A stretch of DNA of 64,000 nt from Ramazzottius varieornatus (taxonomy: Eukaryota; Animalia; Tardigrada). The stretch is taken from contig BDGG01000001.1 of NCBI GenBank assembly GCA_001949185.1, forward strand, positions 7,886,149 to 7,950,148, written 5' to 3'. The translations under genes and the position numbers were made by a program. Under the pieces are notes generated by a model, which ran no database searches, was not told the DNA's origin, and worked only from the letters and a program-made list of their open reading frames with translations. Positions 52,301-63,668 of the stretch are shown one piece after another; positions within the stretch are counted from its first letter, which is position 1, and every line of letters starts with the position of its first letter.

Positions 52301-53967
52301 AGAAGTACTGTTTCCTCCCCGTTGCCGCATTCTTGCTGAGACCGGCGCAAAGACTTCTTCAGTACCAATCGGTCCTCGAACGTAAGGAACAATTTCCTTG
52401 ATGCAATCACCACCTCTAATGGCCTTTTCATTGCAGGCTTACTCACCCATTACCCGCCTCATCATTTCGATTATGGTGATTGTGAGGCCGCACTGCAAAA
52501 CTTCCGCCGAGCCAGCGGGGTCGTCCACGAAGCCGTCCGCCATGCCGAGCACTTTACCAAACTAATGGAACTCCAGCGCGATCTCCTGGGAATCGAGAAC
52601 TTGGCGGTGCCAGCTCGAGTACGTAATTTGCTCTTGATGATTTTATGATGGCTCTAGTGCGATATCTTGATCTTTTACAGGAATTCATCCGCGAAGGATG
52701 TCTGCAGAAATTTTCCAAGAAAGGCTATCAGCAGAGAATGTTCATCCTGGTAAGCGCAAAAGGCTTTTCACCCACATGCATACACTTCCTATGACAGTTT
52801 CGTTCACCCTGTATGCTGGTAACAGGATCGCTTACTTGCTTACGTGATATAAGCGTTTAACAGTATAATTTGTACATATCATGATGAAAAGACAGGGAGT
52901 TGTTCAGTGTCGTGTTTTCTTCAACCATTGTTTTTCGTACTTTCGTAGTTGACGGATGTTTTACTCTACTGCAACCGTGTCGCCACCTCTAGCGGTCATT
53001 TCAAAGTCCACGGACAAGTCGGTGTCCGTGGCATGATGATCGAAGACAGTACAGGACCAAAGCACGGCATGGACTTTTGCTTTACGATCTATGGAGGAAA
53101 CCGGGCCCTCATAGTAGCTGCCAGGTTCGTCCAAAAGATCCACGGTGAAGAAGTTTTCGGTTATTCAACCTTTTATGTTGTAGTTCGGCAGAGGAGAAGT
53201 CCAAGTGGCTTCACGACCTGCAAACCGCCATGGACCAATCGAAACGTCTTGCCTACGATAAACTCCTACAATACAGCACGCTCAAGTCCATTAGCTCTTC
53301 CGACGAAGTGCTGCACAAGCACGATGCGTTTAACTCTTCTGCTCAACCCACCGGCACCGTCGGTGACGGCGATACTTTACGGACCAAATCCCCTTCGGAA
53401 AAGAGCCAGATGACAACACGGTCAAACACTACCCTTCACGTCTGTTGGCACCGTAACACCACCATCAGCTGCCGTGAACTCTCGAAGTCATTTCAGGTAC
53501 ATCTCAACTAATTTCGTTTGGATGAGTGATGTAAGGGATGCTTGTTCTTGCAGTATCAGCTGTGTGGATTCCTGTTGAGGAAGTTCAAAAGTAGTGACGG
53601 CTGGCAGAAGCTGTGGGTCGTCTTCTCCAACTTCTGCCTGTTTTTCTTCAAGAACTATCAGGAAAGCGCACCGTTGGCCAGTCTACCGTTGATCGGCTAC
53701 CGTGTCGCAATACCTTCGTTTGAAGATAATATTCTCAAGGACCACGTTTTTAAGCTGCACTTCAAATCCCACACATATTTTTTTCGCTCGGAGAACGAAT
53801 ACACTTTCAACAGGTACTTGAATAAGTAAGCTCCATCCGTCGCGCTTCTTCACACGAAGTCTAGCCTTGGATTCGTTTTCAGGTGGATGGATGTTTTGAT
53901 CGCGGTAACCAGCTCAGACCAGAACGACGACTCTGAGCATTTGACTGGCAATGGAATGCATGTATAA
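37303..53967 (+). CDS. FARP: FERM, RhoGEF (DH) and two-PH-domain protein (FARP1/2, Cdep, FRM-3 family)
   Basis: FERM exons 37303-37485, 41934-42044, 42167-42300, 42568-42759, 43044-43100, 43169-43229, 43621-43776, 43967-44127 ([53 protein letters not shown]). FERM-adjacent 44195-44462, then 44544-44624 and part of the exon from 44921, then 49102-49400. DH exons 50062-50151, 50290-50423, 52113-52381, 52437-52618 ([24 protein letters not shown]). PH1 52681-52749 and 52949-53124; 53184-53496 ([14 protein letters not shown]); PH2 53554-53813 ([18 protein letters not shown]) and 53883-53967. Confidence 0.95.
38150..38282. repeat. Foldback element family 1 in FARP intron 1
   Basis: GGGAGCTCAACAAACAAGTTCGAACAGAT..AGTGGCGCAT-N25-GTGCGCCACTTGGGAAAACAACCTGGTCGA..AAGCTCCC. 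Confidence 0.8.
40929..41010 (+). other. Possible tRNA-derived SINE head or tRNA pseudogene
   Basis: A-box-like TGGCTTGGCGG and B-box-like GGTTCGGTC at tRNA spacing, a partial T-stem, then CCATTTT. The acceptor stem does not pair. Confidence 0.3.
43242..43428. repeat. Foldback element family 1, two-unit copy in FARP intron 6
   Basis: Motif pairs at 43282-43291/43317-43326 and 43345-43354/43379-43388, with outer arms TGGACGTGGGCA / TGCCCACGTTCCA. Confidence 0.8.
44921..46987 (+). CDS. FARP: Large alternative terminal exon of FARP (about 688 aa, disordered, Ser/Thr/Pro/acidic)
   Basis: The acceptor TATTAG at 44920 is in phase with the donor at 44624. The frame stays open to TGA at 46987 and contains [10 protein letters not shown]. 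Confidence 0.75.
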   Translation, partial: TMAVYSDEHMPREHHQTMHHTTITQIDRYDEVRPNGHHIHEVAVTVEGEVVPTRVSRDNTPRVSTHTLRGDETQTSEPLLSHDRPNLEPPPADDALVRIDSLTGVDIDKDIPYVLYRRHIHWDKPGGSTNSASNTLTKTPQTGRLARREQFVKTSATKDQDGKLIYYMETHKTLPESPHLFTSTKRVPTPPNKFRILDYVNKKNLPPEGNFSYEDDSASVDSMDRELFENLKKKYLQRMREIREKSQSQESISSSDSAGSSTSADSYDTVSLEELTNMRNLSQMFDQVYPSGNESAAFSSTTSINTVESMRSLQQWDPQTEAEIQHMAGVISDAFGRDDSNIPDIEAIIEPPEGFIEPLKEKHRRESYELAIRDGRDRPSLTGSETSSLQPPPVPPKPPKLAVMAKFAEYSQSMRSSFDLSDMDLRVFDERCYGDIQQTIRETCSIGLDRVTSSENMSTTSEDTAGLPELSLKKTAQQKGLLRTVNVQTETSSTSSSDTIGGSQRTVIHDLPSPSQPAGEPLDVTDIEIPEVPEEFRDEPIKITEPVMTFESTTVIASGVPSTSTAATVEEVQRAEPPEYQAWKAQMKELEQLTGAKSSNEPSPVTPGAGAAATIPRRSGMSSARSVDGGSSNYRGFARRTPIGSSWLYRATSSDPDWEDSETSASDTQGPSTSRSGGRAHSRTPPKT
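50678..50870. mobile_element. TTAA-flanked MITE (Kolobok-like ends)
   Basis: TTAA|AGTGCCAATGA.G.GGGACA ... TGTCCC.C.TCATTGGCACT|TTAA. The reconstructed target TACTTTAAAGTA is a perfect palindrome. Confidence 0.85.
50973..52002. mobile_element. Non-autonomous hAT-type element with GACTAAAA subterminal repeats
   Basis: TIR C(G/A)GTGTTGTATTTAGTT; 8-bp TSD GAAAGGAT (50965-50972) / GAAAGGAC (52003-52010); many GACTAAAACT/GACGAAAA motifs. Confidence 0.88.
51514..51654. mobile_element. MITE family 2 nested in the hAT-type element
   Basis: TA|CTGTATTCCTCGAAAG..GCAGTCACATGAC ... GTCATGTGACTGC..GGGAATACCG|TA. Confidence 0.85.
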
Positions 53968-54180
53968 TGAACGACGGGCTTTCTCTCAAGGTTTCAATTT
54001 AGAGTTCTCTTGTTTTATTCATTTTTCACACTTACGCAGTGGTTTTGACCACTCTAGTTTGTTTTCTGATTTGAAATGGCGTATGGACTGATTTCCATCC
54101 TTTGACTGTTGTACGATTTTCCGAAGCAAGTTGTAGATCATGACTGTGATAAAATTTGAGAAAAAATTTGGATCAGTTAT

Positions 54181-54583
54181 ATGCTCGAAACTCATACGAT
54201 CGTGATTTCAGTGGTTCGAGTTCCTGTCAAACCTTCACTATCGATAGCGGTAACAGGCGCAGTGTACTCCCAAGGCCAAATGGGACCCGGTTCATGATTC
54301 ACGCCTGGTTCCCGGTTGTGCTCGCTGTGGCTTTCAGGACTTTAAAGAACATGTGAAGGAAGACAAAAACGCGTCGTGGTTTGCTTGAACTCAATATGGT
54401 CAAACGGGAATGATGAGTCAGGAGGACACCTATCGTTAGCGGGATCGACAAAGAAGAGAGGCGGAGTTCCGCCGGTAACGGTCAACGTCGCAAGGATAGA
54501 ACCCGCTGGCAGGTATTGTTGACCAATTGACAATGCAGTCGCAGAGATTATTATGGGTTTCGCGGCCTGTCCATCACTTCTCT
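54181..54583 (-). pseudogene. Cadherin-like repeat exon (copy B) with an in-frame stop
   Basis: After the acceptor CTGCCTACAG it reads PIIISATALSIGQQYLPAGSILATLTVTGG...*...WEYTAPVTAIDSEGLTGTRTTEITIV, which resembles the first and last strands of a cadherin repeat. TAA lies at 54344-54342. Confidence 0.5.
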
Positions 54584-55947
54584 GTAGGCAGAGGAGAATC
54601 AAGACGGGGGATAGAGGCCACAAAGAAAGCGAGAGACCAATTAAAGCACTGGTTCTCGGGGGAGAGAATGACTGTTAGTCAACCTGGAAGTTTGTAAATA
54701 CCGAGGAAAATAATAGGGCATGTCAGTTTACCAATGTTCTACTCCATTTTGATTTTAAATTATACCACGCACTACAGTTGTCGGATCATAAGTGGACAGA
54801 AGGGCTGGGCGGTTAGCAATCGAAGACAATGTCGTAACGTCGTCGTCGTTGAAGTACTACAATTTGGCACAGGTTCGCTCAGCTCCCTGCTGCTTTCAGG
54901 ATTGGTTGTACGACGGTGTATCATTACAGTTATCCAAGAACCTAGAACTTTTTGGCTTGTGGAGTAGCGTTTTATTGAATTAGTATGTCAAGAAGAACTT
55001 TTCCGGGGACCAAAGACATGATTCGCTCCTGCATGGTATCAACACTCTTCGTACGACCGTCCTCTTTGTGTATGCAATCACTCAGTTTTGTTCACCTCCC
55101 AGTTTTAGCTTTTGGTCGTTCGGGTCTGGGTCTCTTTGTTTGCATGTACCTCGGTCTTCTCACCAAAGCGACACTAATGACCACCGGTCAGCAAAACCTC
55201 AGCACGCTGGAAAGTTTTTCTACGGTTTCGGGTGGTTCTGGTGAATCTCTTCGCGCGAGACACGTGCACGATATTCGCTTAGAAAAAAACTGGAGCACCG
55301 AGGACAGTGATATCTATCGAAGCCGAGCCTGGGATAAAATTTGTAGTTATCAGTGCGGTCAAAAGAAAATCAAGACGACCAGTTCTCCCTTTTGAGATTT
55401 GGCGTTCATGGCCTGTCAATTATCCGAATTTTGAAATTTCGAAAATTGCCTATTGGTTGGACCAGCCTCCGCAACACGGTACCAGCCAATAAAATTCCTG
55501 TATGCACAAAGAGCACGGTAGTATTCTGCAAACATGAAAACGATCGTGCTGAAAGTGTTAATAAGCGGTTCAACGGTGTCTCTCCGCACAGGGGATACTA
55601 GCGGATCGAGAAGGAGTTTCCTTCACCTCTTGCAGATTCATGACAGCAAGTCTGTACAGTCTCATCTCAATTCACAGACACGGCTACGGGTTTCCGACGT
55701 ACTGTTGTACACGAAACACGTTTGCGAAAGTTTTCAGCACAGTTTGGGCTCTGCTGACCACTCTATATCACACTGTGGGTCGTAACGTTATTCGACAAGG
55801 TCAGTCTTCTATTGGACTTTCCCACATGGTTTGGTTTTGCTTTCCTGTCGAGGTATGATCTTGAAGTCCGTTCGTCCAACTGAATGCAGGATGAAAAGCT
55901 TGGTAAAGAATCGATGCGGTTACTAACTGCTCGCTCGTGGTTCAAGT

Positions 55948-57647
55948 TATAGAAGGCTCGGCGAAGCTAAAATAAGCCGTTTTAGCCGTTCTTGGCCGTA
56001 GCTAAAAATATTTTAGCCGCGGCTAACCCAGATAAAAAAGTCAAAATAGTAAGACACTAAAAGTGGATTCGATACACTACCGATTATTACTAGTGTCTAA
56101 CATCCATCAGCGGTGTCTTGAAAATCTGGCAGGTCTACAACTTGTGCATTTCAGTGTCTTACTCGGACCTTTGTACTGCGGGAATACGGCGAGAGACTGA
56201 TTCGTGTATCCTCACAGGCGCCCTAAGTATGCGTTACATAGCATTACCGGAATGTTTTATGTCTGCTAAGAGCCAATTCGAACCCCACTGCGGGTATCTT
56301 ACCGTTGCACTTTATGATTCTGACCACGATATTGAGCAAGAATTATTAAATTAAAAACTGAACCAGATAAGCGCTGTTTGAAATGTCTCCAGAAACGAAA
56401 GAATAGAGAATAAAAGAAAAGACGGTTCCGTACAAGCTCGACACCGAAAAAGAAGAATTCAATTGTCATTGTACAAATACTTCTTAATGGTTTCCATTTT
56501 GTAGTCTATGACAGACTCGAGGACGCGGAAATACTTTCCACGTTAATGGCGGCGCTTGTCTGGAACGATCTCGTCTGAAATAAAAATATCACCAAACACG
56601 ACCTACGCAAAATGGAAAACAGAGTGTTGGGGCACAGTTTACCTGTTGAGGACAGCGGTGACACCTTCGTTCCTTTCCTCATTGAAGAAAGCAAATTTAC
56701 CTTTTCCCTCAACCATTCTGGAACGACGGATAAGATCCAGAGTCACTTCCTTCAGTTCGCCTTCCACAAATTCCGAACAATCACCTTCGATGGGTGAAGT
56801 TCGACCGTACTCCCCTTCACTGTATACTTTCAGATCCGCGCTACAGTCGACAAAAATATCTCCGCGGTCAAAGTCGTAGAAACCGTACTGGTTTTGAGGG
56901 CCAGCTTCAGCCGTTAAATGGTCGAAGTACGCTGCAACAGGAACGATGACTGATGTTATTTGATAAAATGAACCTTCAGGAAAGAATGCATTACCTTGAA
57001 GGACACCACTTTCTCGTGCCTTTTCGATGGCGTCAGCAGCGTGAACATAATTGTTCACATTACGCTACTTACAAACCAGTAATTCAAGAAGCCTTGTTTT
57101 TTTGTGAGCAGAAGTTCGCTCAGTATATTTTGGTTCTGTCTGCATCTTGCACGTGTACGGTGTGAGGTTGCTGCAAATTTTAGCAGTAAACTACGGAACG
57201 CCGACCACACTCGCTGTCAGTAATCTACCAGTGTTCGACCAGTGTCTAGCGAATTTTGCTGACATATTTCAACGGAGCTTTCGAAAGATGACCACAGTAC
57301 GACGAGTTCCGGATGACTGTGTTTCTGCTTAACTATCTGGATGGACTTTCCATGGACTGAAACACAACCTTTACAGATCCACCACAGCTTCTCCCTAAAT
57401 TCCGATTTTTATATGGGTAAAGCAGCTAAAATACTTTTAGCCACGGCTAGAATGTGTTGTGCGTTCGAATGATATATTGATGTTGAGTCGGCTAAAATAG
57501 TTTTGGCATCGATAAATCATGCGAACGCACAATATATTCTAGCCGTGGCTAAAAGTATCTTAGCTGCTTTAGCCGCGGCTGGAATATTATTAGCCACGGC
57601 TAAGAACGGCTAAAGCGGCTTATTTTAGCTTCGCCGAGCCTTCTATA
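55948..57647. mobile_element. 1.7-kb TIR element with a perfect 8-bp TSD (hAT- or P-like), non-autonomous, carrying a coding-like fragment
   Basis: TIR TATAGAAGGCTCGGCGAAGCTAAAATAAGCCG.TTTAGCCGTTCTT (more than 45 bp); TSD GTTCAAGT at 55940-55947 and 57648-57655; palindromic TAGCCRYGGCT subterminal repeats. Confidence 0.92.
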
Positions 57648-57690
57648 GTTCAAGTGCGCTAGCAGTACCGATGCCAAAATACGGACCATA

Positions 57691-57765
57691 CTGTATTCCC
57701 TTAAAAATTCTGCGCAGTCACATGACAGGCCCGTAAAATGATCCATGGGACCTGCTGACGACTCG
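57691..57765. mobile_element. MITE family 2, left-arm fragment
   Basis: TA|CTGTATTCCC..TGCGCAGTCACATGACAGGCCCGTAAAA..TGGGACCTGCTGAC; the right arm is absent. Confidence 0.75.
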
Positions 57766-60559
57766 TAGAGAGTTTTCAAAACTGGGGAATCTGAGCAACA
57801 AAGACTTGCTTTGACGGTAGAAAAAAGGAGCAGAAAACGTGATACAAACGTGTGAACTTGGCATTGTAATTCAATTTTGTTCAGTTTGGTTACTACAGGA
57901 GGGACAGAATCCCGCGATGTTCCCGATCAGATTAACTCGGGGCACGCTTCGGATTTGAAGATTTAAATCTGGGATGTTCTGAGTCTTTGCCATGATTCTT
58001 CTTCTGAGTACACCTTTGAATGGCTGATCTCAAACAGGAGACCACTTCCCTGGTAGTGGTAGCGGTTTGGATGAATCCATCACGTTATGGCGGGAGGCTC
58101 ACCACCCTGTTCTACCAAACTTGGCGCAGACTTGTTTCGTGCTTGAGTTTCGGTCCCAAGTTTCTGAACCGATGTATTCACTTCAGCTCCGAGATTACCC
58201 GAGCTCGGGTATGCGAGCTGGCTATGCTGGCGCTTGCTGCGTGGAGCTCACAACTCCCGGATGAAGCAGTCTTGACAACCGCGACGAAACTACGCACTAC
58301 CGAGAGTTTGAGTGGTGTATGAAGCAGGGGATCAGGGTCAGTTGAGTACTGGTCTTACAGCTGTATAGCACAGCAATATCGGAACAGCGGAAACACAATT
58401 AAAAACCTGATTGGAGGAGGCGGGAAAACACCGACGCGCCCATCAGGAATGATGACGTCACAGTTTACTAATACATAAATTGCGAAACACGAACACAGTG
58501 ACAGGAGAAGAATAACGCAAGGAAGCATAAGTCAGCTGGAAGAGGCAACGCGGTGGATTCTATCTTTGTGTTTTCTGGGCTTTTTGACCTTGTCTGCTTT
58601 TGGTTTTGGGAGTTTCTCCAGTTGAGTAAGACGTTTCGAGTAAAACTACAAGCGACGCGTAAAGAAAAAACGAGTAACACCACAGATAACATCAGCAAGA
58701 TTGCAAGAACATTCTACAGCGCCGAAGTTCTTTTCTTGCCAGTTTGTCAGAAGACTTTCTGAAGCAGCAGAGGTGAAGATAGGTGAGAAATCTTCCAAAT
58801 TATGGTGCAATAGCTGGGTCAGTTCACGCATACCAGGTTGGAGTATGCATGTGACTGTCGCGTCCCATTGTAAGGTACAGATTTTTCACGCATCAGCCTA
58901 CAGCTCGGACGGTGTGTGTACGTGGATGTCACGTTTCATTATAAGTGTACCAAAGTTATCACGCATCACCCTACCGTTGCTGGGCGGAGAGCGCTTGCAC
59001 CTCAACCAATCAAAACCTGGTGTTTCCCGGCTGCGGCAAAGCTTGTGTGAAGTTTCCCGTAAAGCTGAGGCTATTTCAACTGTTCGAGCAATCAACCTCC
59101 CAGACCAGTACTCAACTGACCCTTGATTATGGTCCAGATATACTACATACTCGTGCTGTGTAGATTACTTGTCAAGCCCAAACGTGTCTCCGGCTATTTG
59201 GTTGGCTGTTTCTAGAAAGGTTGAACGTACTTTTGATCAGGATCCATACACGAGCACAGGTAACTATGCTAAGCAAGTACTTCACGCAGACCGATAACCA
59301 ACTATCAACTCGTGCGGACTTAGCTGTAGATACAGGGCTGGTAGGCATGGCCGGCACTCGATCCTGAACGAATCACTGAGCTGTGCTTTGGTCACCTGTC
59401 AGTCCCACGCGATACTCGAGCCCAATGGTGTGCTGAGAGATGCCACAATGAAGTGGCGTGATGAATGACGCTGGTTCCATGGAAGGAAGGCAAGGCCTTG
59501 GTTTGGGACGTTACGTGTGTGGACACGCTGTGTGACAGCCATGTTTGTGGATCGGCAGAGAACGCGGGTTATGCGGCCTAAAAAGCCGAGGATCTCAAAC
59601 GCGCGAAGTATCGGAACCTAGAAGGCCGGTGATTTTTCTGTCCAGTTGACGTCGAGACCTACGGTACTTTCGGTCCTTCAGTTGCGAGCCTGCTCAAAGA
59701 ATTTGGGAAAAGGGTTGGTGATCCCACGGGAGAAAGAAGATCCTCGGAATTTCTTAGACAGCGTTTAAGTGTAGACATACAGAGGGGAAATACTGCCTGT
59801 GTTCTGGGAACCTTTCCTTTCTCTCGCGCTCTAAAAAAATCTTTTATATTTTGGATAATCAGAACCAGTAAGTAGCTTGTGCTGGGCTTCCTTTTGCCCG
59901 CTACGTCTTTTGAAATTTGAAAATGTGAACGTGAACTTGAATGAAGCCACTCTTTTAAAACAGTAATGAGCACTCGTGCCGGAAATATTTAGGTTCGGCT
60001 GCATATCAGTACACAAATTTTGCCAAATTACTGGCACGGACGAGATTACTAACGAGATTACCAACATCCAGTCCCCCTTCGTTTTGTGGTATCCTACTAA
60101 TTTAACCCGAAAGAAACTTCTGACAAGGTCGTGGACCGTCTAAAAAGAAATCTTCGAACAAAAGTCGCAGCAACATATTCTCGACCCGCTTGGATGGACG
60201 TGCCCAGGATTTTTTCGACGCCAGCCTATCAAAAACATTCTCCCTTGATTGCCAGTTTTGATTGAGCGTCGGTATATCATCACAATCGGTGAATCGATCG
60301 GAACGAGCTCCTGGTGACGTCGAAAAAACCCGAGCGCCGCCTAGCTCGGCCAGGCTTTGTTCGTGAAAGATTACCTGTACAAGTTTATGAAATCGCTGGT
60401 ATTTCGTGCTCGTGCGTTTCTTCTGAAAAACGAATGGTGTGCCCGAGGAACGAGAATCTGTCTGTCAGTTGGCAAGGTCTTCGAGCTTCAGTATCTAGCT
60501 TTTCGAGAAGGTCTACTCTGAATAAAAGGGGGAACAAGGGTAGGGCAGCCGCGCCGGTA

Positions 60560-60698
60560 CACGCGCCTGGCCCGAATGTGGGGATGGACAAAAATGGGGG
60601 GAACGGAGCGAAAGTGGCTGCGCTCCGATTGATTTANNNNNNNNNNNNNNNNNNNNNNNNNNNNNNNNNNNNNNNNNNNNNNNNNNGGCCAGGTCGTG
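60560..60698. mobile_element. MITE family with CACGCGCCTGGCC ends, spanning a gap
   Basis: TA|CACGCGCCTGGCCCGAATGTGGGGATGGACAAAAATGGGG matches the reverse complement of 62446-62485. Confidence 0.6.
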
Positions 60699-61244
60699 CC
60701 ATGATCTGTCAGTAGAAGGTGCCTTCTTAGGACTGGTTGCTCAAACGAGAGTTTCTGCATGGGGAGTCCGAAAGTCTTTTTTCAGATCAGCTGTGTTGGG
60801 GGGTGGTGATGCGCCTCTTCTGGGATCACGGCACGAACTTCGTACGGCAGACTGTATCCCTGCTAGTTTCTTATCATTTTTGAGTGGAATGTAGTGTGGT
60901 CTCGTTTACTGTGGGAGAGCTGTAGATTGCAGCTATGACAAAACTTGAATGAGGAGATTTTGTGAATAGTTATCGGGAAAAAACTCAGAACGCGTGCACC
61001 GTTTCGGCGCAAAAGAGCAGCTCTCAGGTGCCCTACGTAGAGGGCACCTGAGCGAGCGAGCGAGGCGTTTTCATAGGGGGACTCGGGCAATGGTAAGTTT
61101 GACCACCCACGCGATGGAACTTTTTGGGGCGGATTCGGAGCCAAACGCGTTGCCGATGGCTGGCGTGTTTGACCGCTGTCTTATCCAGTGCACTCATACC
61201 CAGTACGCTGCGCGCTCGGCTGTCCAGTGTTGTACCACTTGCTA

Positions 61245-61423
61245 AGCTCTGTTTTATCTACCGATGGGTGGTACTTTCCAAGAGCTGATCTTAACTTTCT
61301 AAAACGGCCAAGTTGACTCGCCTCATGAACTAAGAACTATGACCGTAAAAGAATCCATAAAAAATGTGGGATGGGTTGGCCAGGAGGCTAAAAGTACCAT
61401 CCATCGGTAGATGAAACAGAGCT
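61245..61423. mobile_element. TA-flanked MITE
   Basis: About 33-bp TIR AGCTCTGTTT.ATCTACCGATGG.TGGTACTTT, with TA on each side (empty site CTAG). Confidence 0.8.
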
Positions 61424-62370
61424 TAGTGCATTAATCACGATACTCCACGAAACTTGCAATCTCCCAAGTTACAGAGCGAGCCGCAGGCGAGATTGTTCTT
61501 GTACAGGTATGGCATATGATACATTGTGTAAAGCGGGTTACTCGAGCACAAGCTGAGCACCGGCTGAATAAATGAAAGATATACGGATGTCAGATGTAAA
61601 GATGAAACAGAAGACAGTACTGAGAATTTCTCGGGCAAGAAAGCTGAGTACCTCCTACACAAGAAACAATAAAGGTTCGTTAGCGACTTGAGCGCTACGC
61701 GAGCATTGGAGCACGTACATAGATAACCTTCGTGTAAGCCGAGTTGATTGGTCTCACAGATTAATGCTGCTTGGAAATGGTTTTCGCTTGAGTTTACCTG
61801 CGTTGGTTTCGTCAGTCGATATTTTGAGAGCTTGTGTGTGGTCAAATTTCCCCTCCCACCTCTCCATGCTGCCTTTGTTTTTTGCCGTATGTTGTTGTGC
61901 ATTGTTGGTGATTTCTCTGTTCGTTGCGTACCCTACGGTTGTTTGTTTGTTCGTCCTAATAATGAACGGTGTCTGTCTGGCCTAATTAGGGTCAGCAAAC
62001 CTTGCGGCCAGTAATAGTGTAATATGCCAGAGGACTTCCCTTCAATACCGGACGCCTGGGTTTTCCTTGATTAAGAATGAACACCGAAGTACTTGGGGTC
62101 AGTGAGGATGAACTGCCAAGGTGGGCGGATATACACAGTTGTGTGAACCATCTGCTGAGCATTCGCACAGTCCCCAAACACGGACCGACGGCCGATCAGC
62201 ACTAACCTAAGATTCGCTGCATAGTCTGGGTTAAGGAGACGATTTCTGGTCGGACATAACGACTGGAAACGTCGCTGCGCCATCTGCCCGTAACCCTAAT
62301 CTGCTCGATGTGTCATCGCTTTGGGCCGATTGCCAATGGTTTTTTTCCATGCAAGTAACTAGCCAAAGTA

Positions 62371-62485
62371 CACGTGCCTGGATGATATGTAGGGANNNNN
62401 NNNNNNNNNNNNNNNNNNNNNNNNNNNNNNNNNNNNNNNNNNNNNCCCCATTTTTGTCCATCCCCACATTTAGGCCAGGCGCGTG
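62371..62485. mobile_element. MITE family with CACGCGCCTGGCC ends, second copy in opposite orientation, spanning a gap
   Basis: TA|CACGTGCCTGG ... GGCCAGGCGCGTG|TA. Confidence 0.65.
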
Positions 62486-63668
62486 TACTGTAATGGAAGG
62501 AATAGGGCTATGCTATCGGTTGATGGAGGGAACTAGTATTCTAGCAATATAGGGTAACTTCAATGTTCTTAGGGGCTCGTAGAGAACGTAGATTAGTGAT
62601 TGGATGCATAGCGCTAACGAAACAGTGCTGGAGGGAGCCGGACATCCGCACACGGATCTGGACTGACGACTGAAGTTGCCGACTGAAGGTCACCTTATAA
62701 GGACGGGATGAATGTGATCAACCGAAATTTACCGACGTTGGATCGAACTCTTCAAGTTGGTGTGAGCAATTACCGACAGCGTAAATTTGGGTGTGAACCT
62801 TGCACCGAAAAATCGTTCCGGTGTGCATTCGCACCAGAGAGAAATTTTTCTGGTAAATCGAAACGTACCGAAAGACGCAAATAGATGGGGGTTTGACCGC
62901 TTTTAGTGGTGCCGCGAACGTTTTCGGCCTTCTTAGTGTACCTTTTCTAAGCAGAAAAACCTCCCGCCACTCAAAACCACACCAGAAAGTCTACAAATGC
63001 CCAGTTTTAAGACAGCTTCGTCTGGTTTTCTGGTTAATGAGATAAGCATTTTCTCGGTGCGATTCGGTTTGGTAGATCGAGATTTTGGTGTGGCAGCTGA
63101 GTAAATCGGAAATATTCGATGCGGACCTCATACTAAAAATTTCGATTCGGTGTGTGCATCTACAAAATCGAAATACATCAAATCAACCTTAATCACACTT
63201 ATCCCATCTCTACCAGCTTACAGCTCATATAGTACAATAAAGGAAACATGGCGAATATCAAATACGTTTGTACATTTGTTAAGAGATCAAAGAGGCGTAG
63301 CGCACAACACGAAGCCTGAACCATGTATGCCTAGAGACAAGAGTTGACAATCGGTTAGGCTGAGATCTCTAGCCAGTCCTTCAGGGCATGACAAGTCCTA
63401 TCATCACAGTATGTGTACCGGGTCCGAAACTCGTTACGCATGACGGACACGGAAAGTTCAGGTTGTCAGGAATTTCCGGGTTGCGCACGTCAAGAGGATG
63501 ATAGGCAGACGTGACGCTTTCTACCGTCGATGGAAGGAATGCGACCTAGCTTAGTCTCAGATCTACCACAACCTACGGTCCTCAGACAAACTTCAAGACT
63601 CGCCTCTCGAAGACATCCATTCAAAACCAAAATTTACCGATCGATCCGGAGGCTCAGTCCCCTTGCAG

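Noticed and set aside
54584-54623. Signal peptide MWPLSPVLILLCLQ on the 54342-54623 ORF
   Set aside because: It starts at a non-ATG codon and coincides with the polypyrimidine tract and CAG of a splice acceptor.
14356-62445. N-runs at 14356-14405, 26502-26551, 33967-34016, 60637-60686 and 62396-62445
   Set aside because: All are exactly 50 N and all lie inside repeats, so they are scaffolding placeholders rather than biology.
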